This document shows, piece by piece, positions 38,179 to 47,417 of a DNA stretch of 64,000 nt. The notes beneath the pieces were generated by a model that saw nothing but the letters and a program-made list of their open reading frames with translations, had not been told where the DNA came from and did no database searches. Position 1 is the stretch's first letter. Every line of letters starts with the position of its first letter. Made by a program: the position numbers and the translations under genes. Origin of the DNA: an uncultured Erysipelotrichaceae bacterium (lineage in GTDB: Bacteria; Bacillota_I; Bacilli_A; RFN20; CAG-826); contig CADCFC010000001.1 in NCBI GenBank assembly GCA_902800645.1, forward strand, positions 122,907 to 186,906. The letters are read 5' to 3'.

Positions 38179-39315
38179 TTATCTCACTTTAGATAAGCAT
38201 TCCTTAACAGCGACACCTTTTGGTAAAAGAACTCTGAATTTTTGTCCCTTTCCTCTAGTAGAGAACCAACATAATCCTTCAACAGAAATATCGTGTCTTA
38301 AATCATCGTCTTCTAATTCGTATTCAAACATATCGTAGTCTCTGAAAGATAGGAATCTTTCACTGACTGGACGGCAATATTTATGACGGAGGTCACTCGC
38401 TAACGCTTCATCTACTTTATCGCATGCCACTACTTTAGCTTCGGCTTTCTCACCCATGAATACGCGGATGGATCCACGTTTGCCCTTGACTACGTAAAGA
38501 ACAGCAAGGTTACCAACCATAATTGCGCTGCCCTCACCAATAAATTTTCTAGTCATGACGATTTCTTTTTTAGGAGTAATAAGCTTTTGGATTTCCTTTT
38601 CAACTTTAGAAATAGTTGAAGTTGAATTACTTAAATCAGGAAGTTCGTAGAAGAATGAAGAATTAGAAAGAGGAATTTCTAAAACATCAGAGCTTGTTCC
38701 TGGATATAATTCGGTTTTAATTTGCCACTTGGTCTTATTTTCATATCCCTTAAGGAACTTGTTAATTAATGTAGTCTTGCCACTATTAAACTCACCAATA
38801 AGGTAGATATCTCTACCTTTTCTCATTTCCTTAAAGTTCTTGTAGAATGTTTCAACATCAATTTTATCTTCGTTTCCGATTAATCTAATTAAAACTGGAT
38901 TAATACCAACTTCAGAAAATCTTTCGTCTAAGTATCTGATGAGCATATCATCAGTTACACCTGATGGGAATAAATCTCTTTTAGAGCCAATAACAACAAC
39001 ATTCAATTTCTTAACTTTTTTAACAACATCTGGATTTAATGTTCCATTAAAGCTAAATAAATCCACCATCCAAACAACTAAAGCGTCAGTTGCGATAGCG
39101 TCATTTAAAATTTTGATGATGTCTTTATCGGTGTCGTGTTGAAGATTGCCTGCGTTTAAAGTAAGCATTTTATCGTAACAACGGTTACAATAAGGAATCT
39201 TTGGAACACCGTTTTCAACGATGTTTCTACTAATAAAGCCGGAATCGTTTTTGCGATCTGTTTGTAGAATTGCTCCACAGTTGTGACATCTTAAGACTCT
39301 TTTTGCTGTTGCCAT
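38179..39315 (-). CDS. yqeH: Ribosome biogenesis GTPase YqeH (circularly permuted GTPase with N-terminal zinc ribbon)
   Basis: CHNCG...CNRC zinc ribbon, a G4-G1-G3 permuted order (GSKRD ... GEFNSGKTT) and a C-terminal domain. Confidence 0.8.
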   Translation of the reverse strand: MATAKRVLRCHNCGAILQTDRKNDSGFISRNIVENGVPKIPYCNRCYDKMLTLNAGNLQHDTDKDIIKILNDAIATDALVVWMVDLFSFNGTLNPDVVKKVKKLNVVVIGSKRDLFPSGVTDDMLIRYLDERFSEVGINPVLIRLIGNEDKIDVETFYKNFKEMRKGRDIYLIGEFNSGKTTLINKFLKGYENKTKWQIKTELYPGTSSDVLEIPLSNSSFFYELPDLSNSTSTISKVEKEIQKLITPKKEIVMTRKFIGEGSAIMVGNLAVLYVVKGKRGSIRVFMGEKAEAKVVACDKVDEALASDLRHKYCRPVSERFLSFRDYDMFEYELEDDDLRHDISVEGLCWFSTRGKGQKFRVLLPKGVAVKECLSKVR

Positions 39316-39836
39316 TATTTATTCCTCCAATCGATTAGATTGTTTCTTTTGCGGTGATATTTTCTTATAGGGCGATCAAATAGACGATTGATATGGGTTG
39401 TCCATTGGTCTTCCTTAACTAACTTTTCAGTTAGAACTACTCTTATTTTAGCACCTTTTGCTGCTAAAACATCAGTCATTAGTTGATCTCCAACTAACAT
39501 TACGTTTTCTTTGTCGACATTACGCCTAGCGATTTCTTGATTGATTTTTTTAGAAAATGGTTTTCTAGCGCTGCTCAGAAATTCAACTCCAAGAAGATTA
39601 GCGTACCCTGACACTCTATGTGCTTTGTTATTACTAATAATAACAGGAGTAAGCCCGGCTTCTTTTAGTCTATTGACATAATCAATAGTCTCTTTCTTTG
39701 GTTCCCTAGCGCGATAGCTATCTAACGTATTGTCTAAATCCATGAATAAGACTTTAACGCCATGATTAACAAAAAAGCTTGGTTCGATTTCATAAATCGA
39801 TTTGCTGTGTGCGAATGGGATAAATTTCTTAAACAT
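39315..39836 (-). CDS. yqeG: HAD-superfamily (IIIA) phosphatase YqeG
   Basis: DxD motif FMDLDNTL, 173 aa, first gene of the yqeG-yqeH-yhbY-nadD block. Confidence 0.75.
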   Translation of the reverse strand: MFKKFIPFAHSKSIYEIEPSFFVNHGVKVLFMDLDNTLDSYRAREPKKETIDYVNRLKEAGLTPVIISNNKAHRVSGYANLLGVEFLSSARKPFSKKINQEIARRNVDKENVMLVGDQLMTDVLAAKGAKIRVVLTEKLVKEDQWTTHINRLFDRPIRKYHRKRNNLIDWRNK

Positions 39837-39946
39837 TGACGAACCTAAATATGATTTTAACTGAAAAAGTCATTTTATAATAGACTTTTATATATAAAGT
39901 GCGAATTTTGTTTTCTATATAAGAAAAAAGTAGTCAATAAGTCTCA

Positions 39947-39975
39947 AACTAATTAACTACTAATTTTCTACTAAT
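39947..39975 (+). repeat. Phased heptamer array AACTAAT-N4-TACTAAT-N4-TACTAAT
   Basis: Starts at 39947, 39958 and 39969. Lies between the parC end and the yqeG operon promoter. Confidence 0.5.
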
Positions 39976-40003
39976 TTTTAATGATATATAACAAAGTTAT
40001 ATC

Positions 40004-42625
40004 TTAGTCTAAATCATCAAATATTGATATCTGTTCAAAGCTACCTGCTTCTTTTTCACTCTTCTCTTCTTCCTGAGTGTCTTCTGGTTCAACTGTTTCA
40101 GCAGGAGCAGTTTCACTTTGAGGAACTTCTTTAACCACTATTGGGTGGGAAATATTGGATTTACCAATATTTGTGATTGTTGTGTCAAAGACGAACGCCA
40201 CACTTTGTTTTAAAGTCATTCCCTCAATATTTTTCTTCGCGTATTGAGCTTCTGTATTTCTCAAGTCATCAACTTTAAGATTTTTAATGGTTCGATCATT
40301 CATATAAAGGTTGAGAATGAGTTCTTCGTCTTTAGACACTCTCATAGCATATATAATGCTATGTGGGTCACCCTTAAATGATTGAAGGATATTTTGGACT
40401 TTGCCTAATCTATTGGTTCTAAAGAACTTAGAAGAATCCGTTACGCGCATATGTCCTTTATTTGTAATTAATAATAATTTAGTTCTCTCATCCTTTTCTA
40501 AAGCGATAAGGGCGGCGTCTTGATTACTTCCTAATGAAGAAATCGATTTGACACCTCCAGCTTTACTTCCAAGGATTGTTAATTCATTCTCGTTGAATAG
40601 AGAGCAATTACCATTATTAGTTATAACTAATAAATCGCTATCTCCAGTCAAGAGCTCAACGCCAACAATCTCATCATTGGTGAGGAGTTTCATATATCTT
40701 GCAGGGCGTGATCGTCTTTGCATTTCAAGAGAAGAAACAGCCATACGTTTGATTTGACCAAATTTAGTTAAAATCGCTAAATATAAGTCGTTTCTCATCT
40801 CACTAAGAGACATAACTTTAATAATCTTTTCGCCACTAGCTAATGTCGTAAACTCATTAATATGAGTTCCTTCATCTTTCCACTTATTATCAGTGAGATT
40901 ATGAACGCCTATTACCGCGTAGTTACCCTGATTTGTAAAACAAATCAGGTAATCGGTGGTAAATGCTTTACCGATTCCCACTACCATATCACCGTCTTTT
41001 AAGCCTGGTAGCTCATTATTATAGCTACTATAACTTCTAATCGAACTACGTTTTAAATATCCATCATAAGTAACCGCGACCATTACTTCTTCTTTAGCGA
41101 TCAATTCACGCTTATCAATTTCCTTGGTCTCACCTTTTTCGATGATTTGGGTTCTTCTATCATCACCATATTTCTCGCTAATCGCTTTTAAATCACGAAC
41201 TAATACGCGATTAAGTTTATTTGGATCTTCAAGAATACCCATAAGGGTATTAATTGTGATTTCTAATTGTGATTTCTCTTTTTCTAAAATAAGTTCATCA
41301 GTGTGACTTAATTTATATAATGGCATGGTCACAATCGCTTCTGCTTGTTCGTTAGTTAAAGAATAACGTTTAATCAAATTCTCTTTGGAATCTGCTTTAT
41401 CTTTACTTTTGCGAATGATTTCAACAACTTCATTAATGTTTAAAGACGCTAAAATCAAGCCTTCAACGATGTGTAAACGATCATTGCATTTCTTTAAGTC
41501 GAATTTGCTTTTTCTAGTGATTACATCAACTTGATGAGCGATATAAGCATCAATATAGTCGAGTAAATTAATGGTTTTTGGTCTGCCATCAACAATTGCA
41601 ACCATATTAGCGGTATAGCCACATACAAGATTGGTTTTCTTCATTAAATATTGAAGAATGAGATCAACTTTTGCGTTCTTTTTAACATCGACAACAATAC
41701 GAATTCCTTTGTAATCGGATTCATCTCTTACTTCAATAATGCCATCAATGGCTTTAGAATGCCTAATTTTGTCTATTTCATAGACAAGTTGAATTTTCAC
41801 CACTTTATAAGGTATTTCTGTAATGATGATTTGATTAATTTCTTTCTTTTCAACGATTTCCGTTTTACTAGCAACTTCAATTCTGCCTCTACCTGTTTGA
41901 TAGATACTATCAAGTCCACTAGAGCGGTAAATATAGCCTCCACCTGGGAAATCAGGACCTTGTACAAAATTCATCAAATCTTCAACTGTGGCGGTTTTAT
42001 GACCGATGCGATATATAGTCGCATCAATGATTTCTCTTAGGTTATGTGGAGGAATCTCAGTTGCTAAAGCAACTGCAATACCTTCAGTACCATTCACTAA
42101 TAAGTTAGGAAAACGAGAAGGAAGTACAACTGGTTCTTGCTCTGTATCATCAAAGTTGAGTTGCATATCCACTGTTGATTTCTCAATATCACAAACAAGT
42201 TCATTAGATAATTCAGAAAGTCTACTTTCTGTATAACGATAAGCAGCAGGAGAGTCTCCATCAATTGAACCATTATTACCTTGGAAATCAATTAAAGGAT
42301 ATCTAACTTTCCAATCTTGACTCATTCTAGCGAGGGCTTCATAAATTGATGTATCGCCATGTGGGTGATAAGTTCCCATGACCGCTCCAACGGTATGAGC
42401 ACACTTCTTTGTTGGCTTATTAAAAGTGTTACCACTTTTATACATAGAAAAAATGATTCTTCTTTGAACCGGTTTTAATCCATCTCTAACATCTGGAATA
42501 GCACGATCTTGAATAACATATTTAGCATATGTAGCGTATCGATCGCTCATTACATCTTCAAGAGGTTCAGTCGAAATATTTTCTTCAATAATTTCTTCTT
42601 CAATGACTTCTTTTTTCTTTGCCAT
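40004..42625 (-). CDS. parC: DNA topoisomerase IV subunit A (type IIA topoisomerase A subunit; ParC favoured over GyrA)
   Basis: Catalytic Tyr context AAYRYTE. No canonical GyrA box (QRRGGKG) in the C-terminal domain. Adjacent downstream of the B-subunit gene and next to plsY, as parE-parC is in Bacillus. Acidic C-terminal tail. Confidence 0.75.
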   Translation of the reverse strand: MAKKKEVIEEEIIEENISTEPLEDVMSDRYATYAKYVIQDRAIPDVRDGLKPVQRRIIFSMYKSGNTFNKPTKKCAHTVGAVMGTYHPHGDTSIYEALARMSQDWKVRYPLIDFQGNNGSIDGDSPAAYRYTESRLSELSNELVCDIEKSTVDMQLNFDDTEQEPVVLPSRFPNLLVNGTEGIAVALATEIPPHNLREIIDATIYRIGHKTATVEDLMNFVQGPDFPGGGYIYRSSGLDSIYQTGRGRIEVASKTEIVEKKEINQIIITEIPYKVVKIQLVYEIDKIRHSKAIDGIIEVRDESDYKGIRIVVDVKKNAKVDLILQYLMKKTNLVCGYTANMVAIVDGRPKTINLLDYIDAYIAHQVDVITRKSKFDLKKCNDRLHIVEGLILASLNINEVVEIIRKSKDKADSKENLIKRYSLTNEQAEAIVTMPLYKLSHTDELILEKEKSQLEITINTLMGILEDPNKLNRVLVRDLKAISEKYGDDRRTQIIEKGETKEIDKRELIAKEEVMVAVTYDGYLKRSSIRSYSSYNNELPGLKDGDMVVGIGKAFTTDYLICFTNQGNYAVIGVHNLTDNKWKDEGTHINEFTTLASGEKIIKVMSLSEMRNDLYLAILTKFGQIKRMAVSSLEMQRRSRPARYMKLLTNDEIVGVELLTGDSDLLVITNNGNCSLFNENELTILGSKAGGVKSISSLGSNQDAALIALEKDERTKLLLITNKGHMRVTDSSKFFRTNRLGKVQNILQSFKGDPHSIIYAMRVSKDEELILNLYMNDRTIKNLKVDDLRNTEAQYAKKNIEGMTLKQSVAFVFDTTITNIGKSNISHPIVVKEVPQSETAPAETVEPEDTQEEEKSEKEAGSFEQISIFDDLD

Positions 42626-42626
42626 C

Positions 42627-44561
42627 TTACTTGACCTCCTTCATAAATGTATCGATTTTGTTAAAATCGACATTCTCTTCTACCCATTTCCTACGAATGC
42701 TAGCGTCATTACCCATGAGGATTTTGACTCTTTTTTCAACTAAGAATGGGTCATTAATATCAACTTGGATTAAAAAACGTGTTCTAGGATCCATAGTTGT
42801 TTCCTTTAATTGGATAGCGTCCATTTCACCAAGACCTTTATAACGATTAATCTTATAACCGCCGCCAACTTTTTTCTTTGCGGCTTCTAAACCTTCATCA
42901 TCCCAAGCGTATTCTTGGATGAGCTTTTTTCCATCTTCTTTATATACTCTATATAAAGGTGGTACAGCAATATAGATGTGACCACTAGTAATTAGAGTTC
43001 TCATATAATGGTAAAAGAAGGTTAATAACAAAGTTTGAATGTGAGCACCATCAGTATCAGCATCGGTCATAATAATGATCTTGCCATAATGAATGTCTTC
43101 AATATCAAAACTTTGTCCAAATCCAGCACCAACTGTATTAATAATTGTGGCAATTTCTTCGTTATGCAAAAGTTTATCTAAAGAAATAGAATCTGTATTT
43201 AGTGGTTTACCACGAAGCGGTAGAATTGCTTGATGAATTCTGTCTCTACCTTTTTTAGCGGTTCCACCAGCGGAATCACCCTCAACAATAAAAAGTTCAT
43301 TTTTCAAATAGTCTTTTGATTGAGCTGGAGTGAGTTTATCAGAAAGAATTACTTCTTGCTTTGCTTTTTTAGAGCTTCTTGCTTCATCTTTAGCTTTTCT
43401 TGCTGCGATACGTGCTTGTTGAGAATCCATGCACTTTTTAATAATTTTCATCGCATTTTCCTTATTTTCTGTTAGATAATAAGTAAACTTATTATAAATA
43501 AGGTTAGAGACAACAGAGTTAGCAACAGGAGTTCCTAATTTTCCTTTGGTTTGACCTTCAAATTCAAGAAGTTCCTCAGGAATCTTTAACGAAACAATAG
43601 CAGTCAATCCTTCACGAATATCGCTTCCTTCAAGCTTTTTGCCCTTTAATAATCCTTGAGCTTCCGCAAAATCGTTGACCGCTCTAGTGATACCAGTTCT
43701 AAAACCAGATTCATGAGTACCACCATCACTAGTTTTTACGTTATTAACGTAAGAGTAAACAGTTTCGTTATAGTCTTCATAGCAATATTGAAGAGCAATT
43801 TCGGTTTCAATATTAGTGATCGAATCTATTTCTGAGAAGCTAACAACATCAATTATTGGCTTCTTTTCTTCGTTAAGTATTGAGATATATTCAACGAGTC
43901 CGTCTTGATAGAAAAATTCTTGTTTTTCTCCACTTCTTTCATCATTTATGATGAAACGAACACCTTTCATAAGGAAAGCAGACTCTCTTAAATGTGAGGC
44001 AATGGTATCGTATTTAAAATCGACAGTCGAAAAGATTCTGGCATCAGGTTTGAAACGAACTAATGTTCCATGTTTTTTGGTATCACCAAGTCTTTCTAAT
44101 GGAGTAACAAGTTTTCCTCCATCTTCAAATCTAAGGTGATAAACACCACCATTTTGATAAACTGTAACATCACACCATTCACTTAATGCGTTTGTTACTG
44201 AAGCACCGACACCGTGAAGACCACCAGCACTCTTATAGACTGCTGAATTAAACTTTCCACCAGCATGAAGCTCAGTAAAAACAATCTCCACGCCAGGACG
44301 ACCAGTTTCCTTGTTTATGTCAACAGGAATACCTCTTCCTTCATCTAATACCGAGCAGCTTCCATCTTTATACAAGGTAACTGTAATGTTTTTACCGTAA
44401 CCACTTAATGCTTCATCGACTGCGTTGTCGACAACTTCCCATACTAGATGATGTAGTCCTTGGACATTGGAGCTTCCGATATACATCGCAGGTCTTTTTC
44501 TAACGCCTTCAAGGCCTTGCAAAATGTGAATATCATTAGCTGTATATTTCTTTTCTGCCAT
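42627..44561 (-). CDS. parE: DNA topoisomerase IV subunit B (GyrB-family ATPase)
   Basis: GHKL ATPase (HLVWEVVDNAVDEA), a transducer, TOPRIM (EGDSAGG) and a C-terminal tail; 644 aa. Separated from the A-subunit gene by 1 nt. Confidence 0.75.
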   Translation of the reverse strand: MAEKKYTANDIHILQGLEGVRKRPAMYIGSSNVQGLHHLVWEVVDNAVDEALSGYGKNITVTLYKDGSCSVLDEGRGIPVDINKETGRPGVEIVFTELHAGGKFNSAVYKSAGGLHGVGASVTNALSEWCDVTVYQNGGVYHLRFEDGGKLVTPLERLGDTKKHGTLVRFKPDARIFSTVDFKYDTIASHLRESAFLMKGVRFIINDERSGEKQEFFYQDGLVEYISILNEEKKPIIDVVSFSEIDSITNIETEIALQYCYEDYNETVYSYVNNVKTSDGGTHESGFRTGITRAVNDFAEAQGLLKGKKLEGSDIREGLTAIVSLKIPEELLEFEGQTKGKLGTPVANSVVSNLIYNKFTYYLTENKENAMKIIKKCMDSQQARIAARKAKDEARSSKKAKQEVILSDKLTPAQSKDYLKNELFIVEGDSAGGTAKKGRDRIHQAILPLRGKPLNTDSISLDKLLHNEEIATIINTVGAGFGQSFDIEDIHYGKIIIMTDADTDGAHIQTLLLTFFYHYMRTLITSGHIYIAVPPLYRVYKEDGKKLIQEYAWDDEGLEAAKKKVGGGYKINRYKGLGEMDAIQLKETTMDPRTRFLIQVDINDPFLVEKRVKILMGNDASIRRKWVEENVDFNKIDTFMKEVK

Positions 44562-44579
44562 ACTATACCATCCTTTTCG

Positions 44580-44596
44580 CCGTTTATTATAAACGG
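44580..44596. promoter_or_regulatory. Perfect 17-bp palindrome CCGTTTATtATAAACGG in the divergent parE/plsY promoter region (candidate operator)
   Basis: Exact 8+1+8 palindrome placed 19 bp upstream of the parE ATG. It overlaps the probable plsY promoter (-35 TTGCAA, -10 TAGAAT). Confidence 0.3.
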
Positions 44597-44646
44597 AAAT
44601 TGTTGCAAATATAAAGTAATTTAGTAGAATAGATAGGGGTTAAAAA

Positions 44647-45414
44647 ATGGATATTATATTTTATAATATTTTGGTCGCAATTTTAGTAATTTTGGTGGGC
44701 TATATCTTCGGATCAATACCAAATGGAATTTGGATTGGAAAGGTCTTTTTTCACAAAGATCCTCGTGATTTTGGCTCAGGAAACTCAGGCGGCACAAACG
44801 TTGGAAGAGTTTTTGGAAAAAAGGTAGGCGTGATCGTCATTCTTTTAGATGCAATAAAAGCTGTCCTCCCACTATATTTAACTTGGTTATTCCTCATTAG
44901 AGTCCCTTTATATAATAATTTGCCATTAATGCCTGATATCATCACAAAATATTCCGGTTATGATATAAGCGGATACGCAATTACTTGGCCAGTCTATTGG
45001 CTATCAATTATTGGCAGTAGCTTAGGACATTGTTATCCACTTTTCTTCGGATTCAACGGAGGAAAAAATGTTGCAGTCTATTATGGAGTAGCAATTTCTG
45101 CTGGTTGGTTATTCGGAATTATTCCTGGATTATTCTTCTTCTTAATCTTAAAGATTAAGAAATGGGTATCTTTAGCTAGTGTATCAGGAGCATGGTTCTC
45201 TGTACTTTTATCCTGGATATGGGCAATTCTACTCGAAACTCATGTCCTAGTAGGCGCAAATGTTTATCTGTGCTCTTATGGACCAGGACTCGAATGCAAT
45301 TATGTGTTTGCTTTAGTGATGACATTTGGCGCTACAATTTTAACCATCAAGCATCGTTCCAATTTTGAAAGAATTAAAAACGGCACTGAAAGCAAAATCA
45401 AATGGATGAAATAA
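44647..45414 (+). CDS. plsY: Glycerol-3-phosphate acyltransferase PlsY
   Basis: SGNSGGTNVGRV motif, multi-pass membrane protein, 255 aa with an extended C-terminus. Confidence 0.85.
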   Translation: MDIIFYNILVAILVILVGYIFGSIPNGIWIGKVFFHKDPRDFGSGNSGGTNVGRVFGKKVGVIVILLDAIKAVLPLYLTWLFLIRVPLYNNLPLMPDIITKYSGYDISGYAITWPVYWLSIIGSSLGHCYPLFFGFNGGKNVAVYYGVAISAGWLFGIIPGLFFFLILKIKKWVSLASVSGAWFSVLLSWIWAILLETHVLVGANVYLCSYGPGLECNYVFALVMTFGATILTIKHRSNFERIKNGTESKIKWMK

Positions 45415-45417
45415 ACC

Positions 45418-45446
45418 ATTAGTAAAAAATTAGTAGATTATTAGTA
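45418..45446 (+). repeat. Phased heptamer array ATTAGTA-N4-ATTAGTA-N4-ATTAGTA
   Basis: Starts at 45418, 45429 and 45440. Lies in a convergent (non-promoter) intergenic region. Confidence 0.5.
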
Positions 45447-45600
45447 ATTAAAACTATATGTTAATAAGGTTTTCCACATCGCGTAGAAATGCCTTATTTT
45501 AATTTATATTATATATAAATCAGTTTTCGTTGACTTTTATCTTATTTTTAGCCAATCTAAGAAACTTTTCATCCATTCCACTACATTTATTAGATCAAGG

Positions 45601-45644
45601 CAAAATAAAAGCGTCAAATCAGTTGTTTGACGCATCTATTTTTT
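45601..45644. terminator. Bidirectional terminator hairpin shared by yneF (-) and plsY (+)
   Basis: GCGTCAAA-tcagttg-TTTGACGC with T-runs on both strands. Confidence 0.6.
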
Positions 45645-45660
45645 AACCTAACAATTTCAA

Positions 45661-45879
45661 TTAACGTTGTTGTCTTTTAACAGCGTTCATTGTACGTTGA
45701 ATGTCGGCTTCTGATGGCTTTCTTCCAACGCTTTGATATAAGGCTCTAATCATGCCTTCGTTAATTGGAGGATTCTTTTCTAATTGTCTCTTGAGTAGCC
45801 ATCTTGCAAAGAAGAAACCTGCAATCGCTCCAACTACTAAAGCAGCAACTAATAATCCAATCCATGCACCGGTATCCAT
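45661..45879 (-). CDS. yneF: UPF0154-family small membrane protein YneF
   Basis: 72 aa with N-terminal TM (WIGLLVAALVVGAIAGFFFARWL) followed by KRQLEKNPPINEGMIRALYQSVGRKPSE. yneF is a neighbour of plsY in Bacillus. Confidence 0.7.
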   Translation of the reverse strand: MDTGAWIGLLVAALVVGAIAGFFFARWLLKRQLEKNPPINEGMIRALYQSVGRKPSEADIQRTMNAVKRQQR

Positions 45880-45891
45880 TATTAATACCTC

Positions 45892-46449
45892 CTAGGCTCT
45901 TCCGTCGTAATCACCATTATCGGTTCTGACCAAGATAACTTCGCCTTCTTCGATAAATAATGGGACACGGACTTTAAGTCCGGTTTCAAGTTCAGCATCC
46001 TTCATTGCTTTATTGACTGTATCACCTCTAATAGCAGGTTCGCAGTGTGTAATCTTTAAAGCAACTTTAGCTGGTAAGTTGATACCAAGGACTTCACCTT
46101 CATAGCTGGTAATTTCAACTACCTCTTCACCTTTCAAGAATTGAACTTCCCAAGCGAGTCTATCTTTAGAAATCTCAATTTGGTCATATGTTTCTTGATC
46201 CATGAAGCAAAGGGCGTCGCCAGTATCATATAAGTATTGCATTTGACGTTTTTCTAATCTGATTGTTTCAATTGCGTAACCAGAGTTACGTGCCATTTCA
46301 GTAACAGCACCTGTTCTAAGGTTTTTAACTTTGACTTTGGCAACCATTTTTCTCATCGCAGTTTTATTCAATAAAATGTCTAAAACTTGATAGATATTAC
46401 CGTCTTCAGTAAAGTAGTTTCCTGGTCTTAATTCTGTAACGTTAACCAT
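45892..46449 (-). CDS. efp: Elongation factor P
   Basis: 185 aa with three OB/KOW-like domains and conserved blocks (YLYDTGD...FMD.ETYDQ, GDTV, KVPLFI). Confidence 0.9.
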   Translation of the reverse strand: MVNVTELRPGNYFTEDGNIYQVLDILLNKTAMRKMVAKVKVKNLRTGAVTEMARNSGYAIETIRLEKRQMQYLYDTGDALCFMDQETYDQIEISKDRLAWEVQFLKGEEVVEITSYEGEVLGINLPAKVALKITHCEPAIRGDTVNKAMKDAELETGLKVRVPLFIEEGEVILVRTDNGDYDGRA

Positions 46450-46497
46450 GTATTTAATTCCTTTCTTTATAAATTCCTTTGGTATTATACCAAATAA

Positions 46498-47130
46498 TTA
46501 TTTAAGTAAAAAGCGATTTAGCATGAACTCAGTCTTTAGGACTGTGTTTGGTCCATGTCCCGGATAGACTTTTGTATTCTCATCTAGCTTCTTAAGTTTT
46601 TCTAAAGAGGCATAAACGCTTCTAGGATCAGAGCCGGGCAAATCATCTCTTCCTATAGAAAACTTGAATAGCGTATCTCCAGAAAAAAGAGCACCACAAT
46701 CTTCTATATAAAAGCAAACGCTCCCTTTTGTGTGAAATGGAGTATGAATGACTCTAATTCTTTCTTTTAACAAAGAAAGTATGTCGTTATCATGAAGTAA
46801 AATCGGATCTTTATTTATCATTATTTCCTTGCCTTCAGATATAGAACAATTGAGATATGAATTGGTTAGAAATTCTTTATCATATTCATGAATATATAAA
46901 GGTACTTCGAATTCTTTTAATAGGCGGTTTACACCTCTAATATGATCAAAGTGACCATGGGTCAATAAAACTGCTTTTAAATTATATTTATGAGCAATAA
47001 TAAAACTAATTAGGCGATCATTATCCACGGACGGGTCAATAATAATCGCGTCATTATTTTCGTCACTCACTAAATAAGTATTAGCGAATAAATCATCAAT
47101 ATCGTTATAGTCAAATTTTTCTATTCTCAT
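46498..47130 (-). CDS. Metallo-beta-lactamase-fold hydrolase
   Basis: THGHFDH zinc-binding motif plus downstream His/Asp ligands; 210 aa. Confidence 0.75.
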   Translation of the reverse strand: MRIEKFDYNDIDDLFANTYLVSDENNDAIIIDPSVDNDRLISFIIAHKYNLKAVLLTHGHFDHIRGVNRLLKEFEVPLYIHEYDKEFLTNSYLNCSISEGKEIMINKDPILLHDNDILSLLKERIRVIHTPFHTKGSVCFYIEDCGALFSGDTLFKFSIGRDDLPGSDPRSVYASLEKLKKLDENTKVYPGHGPNTVLKTEFMLNRFLLK

Positions 47131-47156
47131 AATAGCAATAAAAAAATAGGTATAAC

Positions 47157-47321
47157 CTATTTCTTTTTCTCACGATGTAGTGTTTTCTTTTGGCAGCGTG
47201 GGCAATATTTCATCTTTTCTAAACGATCAGGATTGCTTTTCTTATTTTTAGATGTGAGATAATTTTCCTCACCGCATTCTGTACACTTTAATGTGATTGA
47301 GATTCTTTCTTCTTTGGCCAT
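47157..47321 (-). CDS. rpmG: 50S ribosomal protein L33 (not present in the supplied ORF track)
   Basis: Minus-strand translation is [54 protein letters not shown], which carries the L33 CxxC...CxxC zinc ribbon. SD GGAG sits 8 nt upstream. A terminator hairpin AATAGGT-ata-ACCTATT lies at its 3' end. Confidence 0.8.
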   Translation of the reverse strand: MAKEERISITLKCTECGEENYLTSKNKKSNPDRLEKMKYCPRCQKKTLHREKKK

Positions 47322-47417
47322 AGATAGTTTCTCCTTAAATTGCTATGTAATAGTAGCACAACAAATAAAATAATAAAAGTATATTTTTATTAGTTATAAA
47401 TGTAAAATAATCATGCT

